From Lobosporangium transversale (taxonomy: Eukaryota), in NCBI RefSeq assembly GCF_002105155.1, contig NW_019029016.1, positions 372,001 to 426,323 on the forward strand: DNA of 54,323 bases, read 5' to 3'. A program made the translations under genes and the position numbers. The notes under the pieces are model-generated. The model did not search any database and was not told the DNA's origin. It worked only from the letters and a program-made list of their open reading frames with translations. Below are positions 10,594 through 24,125 of this stretch, piece after piece (position 1 is the first letter of the stretch; each line of letters starts with the position of its first letter).

Positions 10594-11575
10594 TACTCGA
10601 CATTCAAGGACGACGCCAGTTCCAAGAGGCATTATATGCACAGGCACCGCATTTTTCTTCAACTAATGTTGCGTTAAATGTTGCTATCGTGGAGGGCCAT
10701 TTAGATACATCAGAGACAGAGGTGGCGCCTAAAAGGAACTTGTTGCCAGTAATATTTCTTCCAAGGAAGTATAAGTTGTCGTTGGCAAAGCCAATACGCA
10801 TCAAGTCGCCATACAGCGTTTGGTCCTTGACAATTCAAAAAAAAAAAAAAAAAAAAAAAAAAGGAAAAGAGATCATCGCAAAGTTAGAAGTATTGAATCA
10901 TGTCAATTGCTCTGTAATAGATTTTCACGCTTTTAAAAAAAAGAAAACCTATAATCAGTTGATAATATAAAGGACAAAGGGGATATAGAGAATACATACA
11001 AATAATCATGGGGTTGGGTTCTGCTTCATTATCAAGGTGGAAGGATCCATGGATGCGATCCAGATTTTGCCAGCATGGGGATCTGCAGATGCAAACAAAA
11101 GGTTCTCACTGCCTTTAGGCTTATAAAGCTCTGTGGACAAATCACCCCATTCGAAATCAGGAGAGACTGGAGAAACTGTGACGTTTACCCAGCTGCCTGG
11201 CCCTCCATTAGCGCTTGGCCGGTATTGGATCCCACGGGCGACATCATAGGTCCTCCAGGTTTTTTCTGTTCTGGACCTGCTGGATAAAACTGTAAAGACC
11301 TTTGATGTTTCGTCGATATGGCAGGCCCGAGCGGGGTTAGCGTCTGGAGTCTCGATATCATTGAGACCCTCGTTCCGGATCACGCTCACAGGTGTCCAGG
11401 AGATGTCAGAGAGATCTGGAGATGGATTTGGGTTGGACTTTACGAGGACGTAGTGAGCGTCATTGGGGGAGGAGGGAGGCGTTGTGCGGGATGTTCCGAT
11501 GGCAAGAGCGTAGAGACTTGTTCCGTCAGTGACTACACAGGCAGGTTCAAGGGTGACAGGAGTAGGTTCAGCCAT
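10029..11575 (-). pseudogene. Three-exon single-pass membrane protein (beta-rich ectodomain, C-terminal TM), disrupted
   Basis: Exons ~11575-11000, 10825-10597 and 10415-10029 (GTATGT and GTAAGT donors, poly-T/AG acceptors). In-frame TGA at 11008-11006 and a frameshift in exon 2. TM segment GVIIGVVCAVLLVIGAAGFVWY followed by RKKR. Confidence 0.65.
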
Positions 11576-13726
11576 TTGTTTCTTTTTTATTTATTTATTT
11601 TTTAAAATGCGAAGAGAAAAAAGAAGGTGAAGGGAGAAAGCTAGAAAGGATTGTAGAGAAAGTGGAGGAATATAAAGAGAAGAGAAGAGAAGAGGAAAGT
11701 GGGAAAGAATAAAAAGGCTTGATGATGATGATGATAATCGAGGTCAATTGACGAATTGAAGGATGCTTAAATAGTAATCGGGTTTGCACTTTTTTTTTTT
11801 TTTTTTATTTTTATTGTAGCATAGCGTTGAAGCACAGATTAAATTTTCCTTTTTCATTTCTCATTTTTAACTTTCTCACTGCACAAGCAGTATTCGTCCT
11901 CAGCCCTCAATGCTTCTCAAGTAGTATTCGCCCTCCTTGGCTCTCACAATGCCCATGCCATGCAGTATAAAATTAGTCTCTTCGCCTTCGACTTTTATGG
12001 CTCTCAACAATGTGTACATGTCTTGCACAATAAGCTCATGCCAAGATGTGTAAGATGCAATTCTAGGTTTAATGTTTACATAAACAAAATTTAATTAATT
12101 TTCTCTCTGCGAACAAGTTAATTCTCTGTCGACAGGATCCTTGCATCTGTTTACGTTACATCGCTGTCACTCGCTACAGCCTTTTTTCCTTCTTTGTTTA
12201 CTACAGCCTTCTTTTCTCTTGGACGAAGAAAACGTGTTCTATCATATTCACTTTAATTTCTTTTCTCTCTTAACACTCTTTTATCCCTCTTCGTGTCATT
12301 CTAAAATCCTAAAAGGCAATCGGCCCGCCTCCCTCTTCTGTTGGTCCAATTAGATGCATGTGTGTTGCACAAGGAGAATGTATACCTTATTTACTGTTAT
12401 TTATACCATCCTTATATCCTGCTCGTATACATTCCTCCCTTTCTCTCCACTCGACTGGTGCTCTTTTTTTTATCTTTTATTTTTTATTTCTCAGCATTAT
12501 GTACACCATTGTTATTGTTGCCATTATTGACGCCGTCATTTTCATCGATCACTCTCTCTGGCTTGAGGAGAGCCTCGAGAAGCATTTTAGATGTGAATTT
12601 CAACTCATGAGCCATGTCCGCAATGGCGATTGTACTTTCTGCATCTGCCACTTGGAGTTTTTTTTTTTTTTTTTTTGCTCACATTCTGCAAGTTCTTGTC
12701 TTGTAGAGTGCGCCGCCATTGAAGACTGTGCATTCAAAGCTTTTAAAACAACCTCATGCAAAATGAACATCTCCATTCTCACAATTCCATTGCAACATTG
12801 CAGCCTCATTCCTCATTCATTGAGCATTCTTGAATTAGCCATTGCTAAACACACACGCAGAAAAAAGTCTTCAATCGAGCCAACAGTATCAAAGTGCTCT
12901 TTGGGTGTGTACTTAAAAGGCCTGCGCTCCAATTAAGCGCTCGTATAAGCACGGCAGCACCAGAAAGCTTTTTTTTTTTTTTTTTTTTCGTTACTCTCAT
13001 AATCACATAATGAACAACGAAATTGAATGAGTGCTTGTGGATAGAAGAATGATAACATATAAGAAATATTATAGAGTTACCAGGTTCTCCGCCTGTCTGC
13101 ATCTAATAAGTCTGTCCAGGGCACACCACGTGAGGGTGATCTGGTAGCGTGCCCCGTGGCTCAGAAAGCCTAGAGCAGTCTAGTGACCAACTCATCTTTG
13201 GGTTCTGCGCCCCGCACTAGCTGCAGTCTGCGCGTAGCATGTTGGGCAGGGACTAGCGTTACGCGCCCAGGAGTCCTCTATTCCCTATTACCATTGAATG
13301 ATTACGCTATTAATCTCTCCCTATGCTGTAAAAGACATTCATATCACTTATTATCCTGCTTCCTTTTTTTTATTTTCTTGAAGACCTTGATGTGGTCTAT
13401 GCACTCTTATTTGCCTAGTTCTAATGGAGTTTATTTGCTTGCTTGTTTATTTGATTATTTCTATCGGTTGAACTGAGAAATGGTGAGGGCACCTAATGCG
13501 ATCTTGTGTCTGGGCTCGGTGGCCCCTCATCTGTATCCGCCTGCAACCCCCTATTTATCGGCCCCACGTAATCCTCATTCACACCGATGTACTTTTTTGA
13601 CGTGTGCTTGAAAGCTACGGCCTTAAAGAACTCCACCATGCGAGAAGCACCAACAGTGTAATCTACCGCATCGAGATCAACATTACCATTTCTTTCATAA
13701 TCCTTATCCCAGTATCGCTTTCATTT

Positions 13727-13766
<40 letters not shown>

Positions 13767-16065
13767 ATAGAGGAGAAAAGAAAATATAGTGATCTGCTCT
13801 CATATCATGGTACATTATATATGCCATCGTATAAGATTGCCTCGTAAATTATGCAGAAATATTTATACCTGCCATTGCCTTATATACACTTTATATGCGG
13901 CGAGTGCGTGATTCGTGGCTGATGGCTTACTAAGAAGTTAATTGAGGACAAATCTGACTGAGTCTCTCCTGGCAACAGCAACTTGCTCCTCATTCATGGA
14001 TGCCATGGGAAGCGGTGTTGAGCTGTTGACTGGGTGCATGTGCGGGCGCAGGCGCATAATATCTTTGATCCTCAGCCATGCACGTTTGATGGTAAAGATT
14101 GGGTCACCCTTGTTTAGATGCTTCTTTACAGGTTGCGAGATTAAAGTTTGCGTCGTCAATGACCCACCTATGGCTTCTGTAGAGGGTGTTTCTTGTCTTG
14201 TAATTGTCTTTTTGTTGGGGCTGCCTCCTCGATTTTTTTTCAGTGGTTCATCTGGTGAGATGACGTGAAAGACGGATTTCATGGACTCAATAAATGCATT
14301 AGTTTACATAAAGCAATTAATGATAGTAGCAACTGGGCGGACGACCCGTGACTCCGCTCACGATCGCATCAATCTAGTGTTTTGTCTCGTGGGGTCCACT
14401 TACCTCGTTGGGTACCAACGCTTGAAGGTACTCAGATTAAGTAAAATTCCTGTAAGCAATAAAAGTACACAGCAAGTCGAAAATAGTCATGTCCATGCAT
14501 AAAAGAATGGTGTTGCTCGAGCATATAGGAACTATGATTGCTTTATTTACAGGTTTGTGAGGAGAGAGTCGATTTCCAGTCATTGCTCCCTCGAGCGCTT
14601 AACAGTACTAATGAAGAAACCTCTTGCAGCCCTCGCTGCTGCCATGTTGAGTTTAAACTTTTCGAGCCGCATTTGAGATGAGGTTTGCGCAAGGTACATC
14701 CCATTAATGTTTCCGGCATCACTTGCAGGACGGCTAAATACACCACGCATCTACGGTAGCGCTACAACCGTAATTGGACTGATTCCAGGGAAATGGTGCG
14801 ATTGGTACGATGGCAACGTGCACTGGCAGAATAGCTATGAATGCCGCCTAGCAATATAACCTGATACTATTGCTGTTAGAGGCAAAGACTTGAGCCTGCA
14901 ACCAATCGGTTTTTTAAAGACGCGGATGATAGCCATTTTTAGATCACCGGGAGAGAGATAGAAAATAATAGAGGCAAGCGTTTAATCGTTTGTTTTTCTT
15001 GAAGCTGAGAAGAAAGAATGAGGAAATGGTAAAAGTTGCTAGATGTGCAGGCAACTGGATGATGGGCATAGTGCATCGTGATGATATAGCTTGGTATATG
15101 ATTTGCTGCTGATTTTTTTACTGATTGATTTTATTTATTTTTTTTTCTTTGGCATGTAATTTGATAAACGCTTTCTGCTAGTAGGGAGCGCAGAGAACTG
15201 GATCCGATCTGCCCATGAGTTGGTGAAAGCAGTTTACGGTCCAAGGGACAGAGATTTTTTTTTTCTGCATGGACTATTTAGGATTAAATAGTCCGGAGGA
15301 AAGCAAAGGGTGGGGACATATGATCCTGGTTCTCGGATAATAAGCATAAATCGTCATGTTTTTCAGCTTGGACAGCTAGAAACAAGGAATATGAATTGAG
15401 TGCTTTTAAGCTATTTCGCTACGCAGAGCCCTTGGGTCATCATGACTTGAACTTGACGCCTTTTTAGCTTACTGGATATACCTAGTGGGCTTTTTGGAGA
15501 GTTTAAAAGGTACAATTGTTCCTTCTACCTGCTCCAACTCTGGGCGCCTCAATGATGGGGAAAGGAATTGAATGATTGCAAAAAATAAATAAAAATGGAA
15601 AAATAACAAGTCGAGTAAGGATGAGATGTTGACTGAATGCGTTCCAATAACGAGCTTGCCCTCCTCCATTGATGAATATATTACAGGCCAAGCGTAACTC
15701 GAATTGTTCAAGTGATTTGAGTGGTTCGAATTGACAAGTGGCGTGAGTGATATAGTTTAGAGCTGTATTGTAAAAAGGTTAATTTGATTTCCTAGCATTG
15801 AAAGCTGCTTATACTGTTATCTAGAAAACTCTATAAGACTCAATCTAGGAATCTCTTTCAACCAAGAATCCAAAATCACTAAATGCTAGACCGTTGTAGG
15901 GAGAAGACTATTTCTCTCACCGAGCATAATGAACTTGGCCCGGGAGAAGCAAGCGTAAGCATGGTCATTATACTAGTACACCCAATAAAAAAAAAAAAAA
16001 AAAAAAAAACATCATTAAAATCATTACAAACACAAATTTAATATTACCATTTCCTATTATGCCAA

Positions 16066-16191
16066 TGGTTCGAATGATCCGAATTGTTCAAGTGCCGAAT
16101 GGTTCGCGTATCGAGTGGTTTGAGTATTGAACGGTTCGAATCGAATTCGATATCAGTGAAATTCGATTCGAATGGTTCGAATAGGAGCACT
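16066..16191. mobile_element. Right end of a hAT-type element of the 482-579 family
   Basis: TTCGAA-type repeats ending in TTCGAATAGGAGCACT. Confidence 0.6.
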
Positions 16192-16979
16192 TCCCTTCCA
16201 AGCAGGCTTTGCACCCTATTAGGCTCGCCGAAGCCCGCGCTCCATCCGCTGGTGCCACAGACTTGTCTTCATCCTCTTTTATATGGCCGCTAATATGTAT
16301 TCAATAAATGGCTCCACTTTAGATAAGATGCTCACTGACGAGGAAGTAATATACTGCTGCTGAAACTAAGCTCTAGCTGTTTGAACATAGGTTGTATACA
16401 CACCCTGCGTTACTGGATATGTCGCTCAGGCAAAGATAAGATCAGGCGTAGTAAGTGTTTTATTGGTGATGCTACAGCGTTTTTAATTGTTTTATCCATT
16501 TTAAAATAAACTTTATCCGATTTTATTTTGAATTGTTCCAATCACTAAAAAAAATTATCCAAAGTTAAGTTAAAAAGTTAACCGAAAAGGGCGGAGAAAT
16601 TTATCCGAATGTTTACAAATTTTGTCCAACCATGCAGTTCATTTTATCCAGATGGTCATGCGGAAATAGCCATGGGACCTTGTGATATTATCGGCGCGTC
16701 CTGGAAATTATCAACTGCGTTGGATTTTTTTCTTCGAATTCAAAAAAAAAAAAAAAAAAAAGGTCGCCCATTTTTTTTTTTTTTTTGATGTAAGACGCGT
16801 CGCGAAGATCATGGCGCGTTGGCGCGTTGACACATTGGTACCACGCTAACATGCAATGATGAGTCCATGTATAAAAGGAATTGAGGTTTAAAGAAAAATA
16901 AAAAGACAAAAGTTACCACCGCTTGTATCCTTCAACTGATATCGCTTCAACACTCTTAATCACCTAATTCAAATTCACT

Positions 16980-18937
16980 ATGGCACTTACCAAGAATCAA
17001 CCTGAAATTATCAACTTGGTTGACACCGATGACGACGAGCTCTATAAAGACCTCGAGGCTCAGAAAGCCGCCTTGAAGTGGGATGACAGTTCTAATGTAT
17101 GTGGTCTTGGTGGTTCTTTTGTAACTTGTTCCATCTTCTTGGCTATAAACATTGGTTCCTCTATTTTGCAATATCCATAGGCTATTGAGATCAAAGCCGA
17201 GGGGGGAGGCTGTGACAGCGCCATCCCTCAGCCCCGCGCACAAGACTCTGGGAATAAAAGTGACTCTTCCAAACCTCATCTCCAAAATCTATATCGTCAT
17301 GGTATTTCGTTCGTCCATGTAGCCTCCTCGTCGCGGTCTCGCCCTCGTCGGATGATTGTAGAGGAAGAGAGCGATGAAGAGGCAGACCCGTACAACCCTT
17401 GGACGCCCCCCATGTATACTGGCCACGAGCTTGATTTCGATGCACCTGCCCTGGGTGCGCCTGCTGCTGAAACCTCTGTCATTGACTCGCCTATCATTAG
17501 TGAGCCTGTTGGCAGAAACAATAACAAAGAAAAAGGGCCAAAAATGACCTGCATATATTCGCAGCTCCAATTCGATGAGGATGAGCTAGAAAGAGAGCGC
17601 AATCCGGCACCTGAGGCTTTTTTTGATCAAGACGAAAATGAGTATGAGGAGCCAAGCCTGAGAGATATGTGTCGTAAAAGGAAACGCAATTCCCCTACCA
17701 CATATTCTAAGATTACAGAAGAGGCTTCTCAAAGGCTGATTGAGTACTGGACAGTACACATGTGTACAGTAGCTGAAGCGGCTAGGGCCGTTCACATGCA
17801 TCCAAGGACCGCCTGGAGGTAATAATTAAGTTTAAAGACTACTTGTGCTAAATGATATCTCGGGATATTGTTACCAATTATGTTTACCTGGGAGTTTGTT
17901 ATAGACAGGGAAACAGGCAAGCTCCCTTCCAAGAAGCGTCGAGTGGCTCCGAAATTGGCAGCGAGACACTGCCAGTACTTAGAGGATTTCTTAGACGAAA
18001 AACCTCTTTCGACGCTCATGGAAGTACACAAGGCTCTCCACGACGAATTCCCTGACGTCCAAGTGTCTCTTGCCACGGTTTTCAATTATGTCACAAATAT
18101 GTGTGAGTACACACTCAAGCGGATCAGAAAGGTCTCTGACAAGCGAAATGATCCCGCTGTACTTACAGCGAGAGAGAGATTTGCTGAAGAGATGCAAAAC
18201 CCCACAAACCACGAGAAGTTTGAGAAAAAGACCATTTTCATTGGCGAAGCGGGGTTTAACCTGCATCTGATCCGAGATTATGGATGGTCCCGTAAAGGAA
18301 AGCCCGTCAACGTTGTGCGTCCTACCGTACGTGGTAGAAATGTTAGCGTTGTAGGTGCAATTTCATCGACTGGGATCATCTGTATGTCAGTGACTACAGT
18401 AGACCTTGATGCGAATGAAGAGCCGGTGGCGGAGGATGATCAAGATGAGGTCCCGAACAACAACGGCCGTGGTCGTGGCCGGGGGGGCGTGGCCGTGGTC
18501 GTGGTCGTGGTAGAAATGCAGCACGTCCTCCGCAGGTATCCGAGGATGGTATAGTTGGTTGCTCAACAACCGGGGCCTATTTTAGGGACTTCATTTATGA
18601 GGTTCTTGAGATATTGGAGGCTAAAGAGATGCATGGATATACTTTTCTAATGGATAATGCGCGTATTCACAAGTCTCCACTGGTTAGAGAACTCATAGAA
18701 GAAGCAGGCCATTTTTGTGAATATCTTCCTCCTTACTCACCATTCCTGAATCCAATCGAGGAATGCTGGTCGAAGGTCAAGAACAGTTTCAAGAGAAGCC
18801 GCCTTGAGGCGAACGAAACCATGCGCACTAGGTTCCAAGACGCATTCAGGTCGATATCCCGAAAGGATTGTCAAGGTTGGATTCATCATGCAACTACCTT
18901 TTTTCCAAGGTGTCTCAACAGAGAGATCAATCTATAG
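16980..18937 (+). pseudogene. Spliced IS630/Tc1-like transposase with lesions
   Basis: Exon 16980-17096, intron 17097-17180 (GTATGT..CCATAG), exon 17181-17818, probable intron 17819-17908. HTH segment VAEAARAVHMHPRTAWR. First catalytic D appears as G (FIGEAG). DNARIH and NPIE give D-34-E spacing. Frameshift near 18480. Confidence 0.8.
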
Positions 18938-19071
18938 ACCTATAAATAGTACAGTTATGGTGAAAAAAAAGAAACGATAATGGATAGGATAATATGCATG
19001 TCAATGTTGTTAATAAAGCCACGACGTTTGGATAATTGTGATAATCAATTCGGTTATCACGTTTGGAATAA

Positions 19072-20874
19072 TCTATATACTAAAGTCGTAAGGTTTTGTG
19101 ACTGTGTGCTAAGTAACTTTTTGGTCACGAGACACTACACACAAAAAAACCGGCCTCACAGTTAATAAACCACGTTTATACATATTTCGATGTGTGTGTT
19201 CATATTCGTCTCTGCAAGTCTGTGCGTTCCAATAAACATTAGGTTACAGGAATGTATAAAAGGCAAAAAAAAGGTCTTCTACCTCAAACCGTCCATATCA
19301 CACTTGCTTTCTTCTACACTTAACCCTCACTTTTATTATATTGTGCATTGCACATAAAAGCAACACCATGAAAGAAGCTCGCAATTCTCATTGGCCCACT
19401 CCAAAGATTCATTCGACAAGGAGTCAAACTCTGAGGGCAAAACAAAATTCTTCTTTCTTCTCCCTATGCCCCATCTCCTGCGAGAGGAAGCAAAAGAAAG
19501 CAGGAGAGCGAAGCGACCTCATTCACTATGAAGGAAATTAAGAGAGAAAAAGTGAATCCGCCACCTCGCCTCAAGCTCTTCCTTCTCATGCTCAACGTAT
19601 AACCAGGAACAACATAGGAAAGAAGGCTACCATCACTTCTCTTTCGGCTTCCTTCATGGATCCTTTGCCCTCCGCGAACGCTTTTCCTTCCACATCATCC
19701 CTTATGTGCTTGAACACAGAAGCTGCCGAGTCGTTAGACTGCTCCCTTTGTCAAAAAAAGCCATCGGGCTCCAACGCCCGGTGTATGACTTGGAAACTAA
19801 CCCAAGCAGCCAATCGAGAGCCTTATGTGCACCTACAAGATCCATATGAGCAGGAGTGGGTGAAGCTTGGTGATTTGGATCCAGAAGAAGTTGAGCAGGC
19901 GTTTTCATTATTGGAGAAATGGGAAAACTTTAGTGACTTGAACGTCGATGATGTCGAGAGGGCATTCGCGCCCATTGAGAAAGGTGTCTCAAGGAATTAA
20001 GTTTGCATTTTGTGAGAATTTTTTAATAAACAACTCCGATCTACCCATGTTTCAGGCGCAGTTTTTGAAGATATACACGGCCTTACCAAATATGGAATCG
20101 GTACAGAACCCTGAAATTTTAATTCACAAACGTCCTTTATTTTCAAAGCTTCCCTAGGTAGCAACGAAGGAATGTTTCCTTTATCCCTCACTGATATGAA
20201 GGGCTCAAAATGATATTATAAATTAACACGATGTTGATCAATAAGGACAACGCATCTTCATACAAAAAGGCATTGAAATATCATGTCATCTCATACAACC
20301 ATGCGTGCCTGCAGAAGCTGTGGGAGTACTGAACACTTCAGAGCCTCGAACGCGGCTTGCCCAAACTATCGATAAAATACCCAAGCTAGCACTATGCGCT
20401 GAAACCAAATCAGGATAGTGTGTTCCTGAAGAGAAAGAAAACCTGTCTAATGAAAATGCTAATAAGCCTACTATGTCACCTAAAATACATGTATGCCCCA
20501 TACCAGTCCCAGATCAGCAAAAAGGCCATGCGCATGTGGGAGCATTTTGCACTCAAGGAGTACACACACCATGCCCTCGCAATCCACTAATTATTCAAAC
20601 TACTCTGCCTGAAAACATGTAAATGAATAAATGGAAGCTGTTCACAAACTGATATGGATATGAGACTGTCACTGTTGGGTGTTGACTATGCACATTTTTT
20701 GATGAAATATTACATCTTGAATAGGGCTGTCATACCTGAGGGCCAAGCTTTAGAAGCTTTGAATGTCCGCGAAACCATGCAACGCCGGGATCGAGCTTCG
20801 CGACAAGAGGCAGAAATTGAGGCAGACGTTCGGTAAACCTTTTAAGAGATTAAGGCTATTACTGATAAGGTGCA

Positions 20875-20905
<31 letters not shown>

Positions 20906-23899
20906 GCGTCAATTATTGCATAAATGCATATTTTAATATCTTTATGCCGATATAGAGCTGGTGCCAGAGTCAATCCAGAGAGCATTGCCCGTGTCACGAT
21001 AGAAGAATTTCGTGAAGAGATCGTAGCTGGCGACAGCATCAGTTCTATATCTCACAGGCATTCGATCGGCGAGATGGTCCAGTGCAGACACTGTAAGGCG
21101 TTCGTTTGGCTTGAAGAGCGCCTAAAAGCTTCTACCATCCATTCGCCGGTATTCTCGCTCTGTTGTGGACAAGGAAAAATTAGGCTGCCCGAACTTCGTC
21201 CAATTCCCCAGCTAATCGATCTTATCAGTGGTAATTCTGAAGAAAGCTGTGACTTTCGGACTCATATAAGGCAATACAATTCTTCACTCTCTTATGTCTC
21301 ATTGGGTGCCAACTACGATCGTGAACTTGCCAACGCCAGGGATGGCTTGTACACATTCCGAATCAACGGGGCAGTGGTACACAGGATCGGGTCTCTACTG
21401 CCTCCAGATGATCAATCAGCCAAGTTCGCTCAAATTTACTTCCTCGATCCTGTGGCTACCAAAGGCGAGGATACAAGGCGATTGTTTTTCATTGATGGGT
21501 CAGGAGGGACAGGAAAGTCTTTTCTCTTCAATACAGCAATTGATTACATCCGTGGCACCCTTAAAAAGGAAGTCATCGTGGTAGCTTCCTCAGCAATAGC
21601 TGCACTGATTTTGAATTCGGGAAGCACTGCGCACTCTGTTTTTAAAATACCGATCCCAATCTATTCGAATTCGACTTGCAACCTCAAGCATGGGCAAAGT
21701 ATCGCAAACAGGATTATAAATACAGATGTGATTTTTTGGGATGAAGGTCCTATGCAACACCGCCATGTTTTTGAAGCTGTTGATAGGACTATAAGAGACC
21801 TCACAAAGATCAATGAGCCATTTGGCGGGAAAATTGTTGTGTTTGGAGGAGACTTCCTGTTGTGAAAAATGGGTCAAGAGGGGACATTGTACATGCTTGC
21901 TTAAAAAGATCAGCGCTTTAGGAGCATGTAACAATGCTCAGGCTCACTATGAACATGAGGGTATTACGAGGCTCCTCAGATCCAGAGGCTCAAGCTTTCG
22001 TCGACTATTTGCTTCAAGTAGGAAGCGGTACAGAGGGCACGATACAGATTGGGCTTGAAAACGATTACATCAAGCTGCCTGAGCAGTGTATCTTCAGAAC
22101 TACAGGCCTTGATTCCGAGGAGAAGCAGCTCATTGCGAGCATATATCCGCAGTTGGAACTTATCCTAATTTCTCTCTGAGCTACTGGGAAAGTCGTGCCA
22201 TTTTATCTGCGCTTAATGAGGATGTCGACAAACTGAATGCTTTAGCAACAGGAATGTTTCCAGGTGGTGACCCAAGAGTCTACTATGGACAGGATTCTAT
22301 CCCCGATGCTGAGGACCCAATAGCAGCTACTTATACTACGGAATTCCTTAATTCCCTAAATCCTCCTGGAATGCCCTCTAACATTCTGAAGCTAAAGGTC
22401 GGGCAGCCCGTCGTCCTCTTGAGGAATATGAGTCCAATGGAGGGTCTCTGTAACGGTACGCGCCTCATTGTGCGTAAACTTGGGAACAAAGTCATCGAAG
22501 CTGAAATAATGGCGGGAAAATTTAAGAGCATACGCCACTACATCCCACGGCTCAATATCAGTGCAACTGATGATGGATCATCTCCCGTCATATTTCAGCG
22601 GCGCCAGTTTCCCCTAAGACCTGCCTTCGCCAAGGCTCAGGGGCAGACTCTTCAGAATGTTGGCGTATACCTTCCACGACCCGTTTTTGGCCATGGTCAT
22701 GGGCAGCTTTATGTGGCTCTCTCACGCTGCTCAGACCCCAAGCAGCTGAAGATTCGCATCAAAAATGATTCAAATAATTTTTGTACATACACGAGGAATA
22801 TTGTGTACCATGAGGTCTTTGGTCTCTAAATTTATTCTACCACGTTTTACAAAATGACACAAAAAAAAAATTCACACACCACACACACTCATTCGCTCTC
22901 ACACACGTACATTCATACATTATGTCTTCTACCTCCACCATCACCAAGACTTCTCAAGGTCGTCAGACGGTCTCTATAAAAGCACCTCTATTGACCCCAA
23001 ATACCAGTGAAGTAAGTTTCTATTAAACTTTGAGTCTTGGATATCAACAGAGAATCAGAGTTATAATTGACTAACACTAAGGAGAACTTGGTATCGTTCT
23101 TTTAGACAATACTTTCGCCCTCATCCTCCTCAATCGACCAATTCCCTCCTGCTTCCCAGGTAAAGGCAGCCTCTATCATAGTCATATGGTTGTAGGTGAA
23201 GACTAGACAAAATAATAATTTTTTTTTTTTTTTTTTTTTTCAATCAGTCATGTGATGATGATAGCCTTGATACAATTCCCCAATCTCAAAAGCGTTCGCT
23301 TAATTGGGACGACGATGACCAGGAACAACACGACGATCAAAGCAAGCGACGCCGCCAGACCCCCCCCCCAGGAACCTATCTCCCACGCATTCTTCTTCCT
23401 CCCACCAGAGTCCTTTACAGCCATCTTCCCGTTGCCAAACCCTCCTAAAGCCATCTTCCCCACGCCAAAAATCCCCACATCCTCCTCGCTCTCGCTCTCG
23501 CTCTCCCCTTCACTCTCGACCGCTCTCTCCTACACGCCCCGCCCATCAATCAGATCGGGAAGACTAACTCTCTGTTCATTCGCTTTCACTTGAAGAAACA
23601 GTAAGCACGCCGAGAGGCACCGATGCTACCGCCCCGTGGGCTGCCCAAAACTTCGTTTCCATGCCGGTTTATATGATCTATTGAAAAAGCGAGCCGACAC
23701 TGAAACTCTTTTGTTTGAAGAACAACAAAATGTCAATAAAAAAAAAGACTTTAATATTTAATACCTAATAAATAAAAAAGAAACCTTTGTGTCAAAAACG
23801 TTCAATTTTGTGTTGGAACCCCAACGAGGGTAAATGAGCCTCACGAGGCAAAGGCTAGACTGGAGCGACCGTGAGCGAAGCCACGGGTCGCCCGTCTAG
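19072..23899 (+). mobile_element. Non-autonomous Helitron (Rep domain deleted)
   Basis: 5' A|TCTATATACTAAAG. 3' hairpin GCGACCGTG-AGCGAAG-CCACGGGTCGC followed by CTAG|T. Inserted at an AT dinucleotide without TSD. Confidence 0.88.
20924..22829 (+). pseudogene. Internally deleted, frameshifted Helitron RepHel
   Basis: N-terminal CRHC...CC zinc region joined in frame to Pif1 Walker A GSGGTGKS. WDE, FGGDF, LCNGTRL, QGQTL and LYVALSR motifs follow across frames. Confidence 0.88.
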
Positions 23900-24076
23900 T
23901 GGATAACTAATAGGATAATTTTATTAGCTTAAATTGGATAAAGCTTATTTCCCATCGGAGCAATGCAAATTGAAAATGGATAAATGTTTTTTTAAAATGG
24001 ATAAAACAATTAAAAACGCTGTATCATTGATTAATGCAACTCCTTACCTCTGTCTCTGATTTCGTGAGGCGTTCTA

Positions 24077-24125
<49 letters not shown>

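Larger units (their letters stand above)
16475..24021 (+). mobile_element. IS630/Tc1-like DD34E DNA transposon (~2.7 kb) carrying a nested Helitron
   Basis: TIR CAGCGTTTTTAATTGTTTTATCCATTTTAAAA at both ends. TA TSD at 16473-16474 and 24022-24023. Confidence 0.88.

Noticed and set aside
12340..14940. Possible decayed genes or solo LTR (fragments at 12600-12930, 13100-13583 and 13938-14934)
   Set aside because: Fragmented frames, and no paired termini, TSD or recognisable motif.
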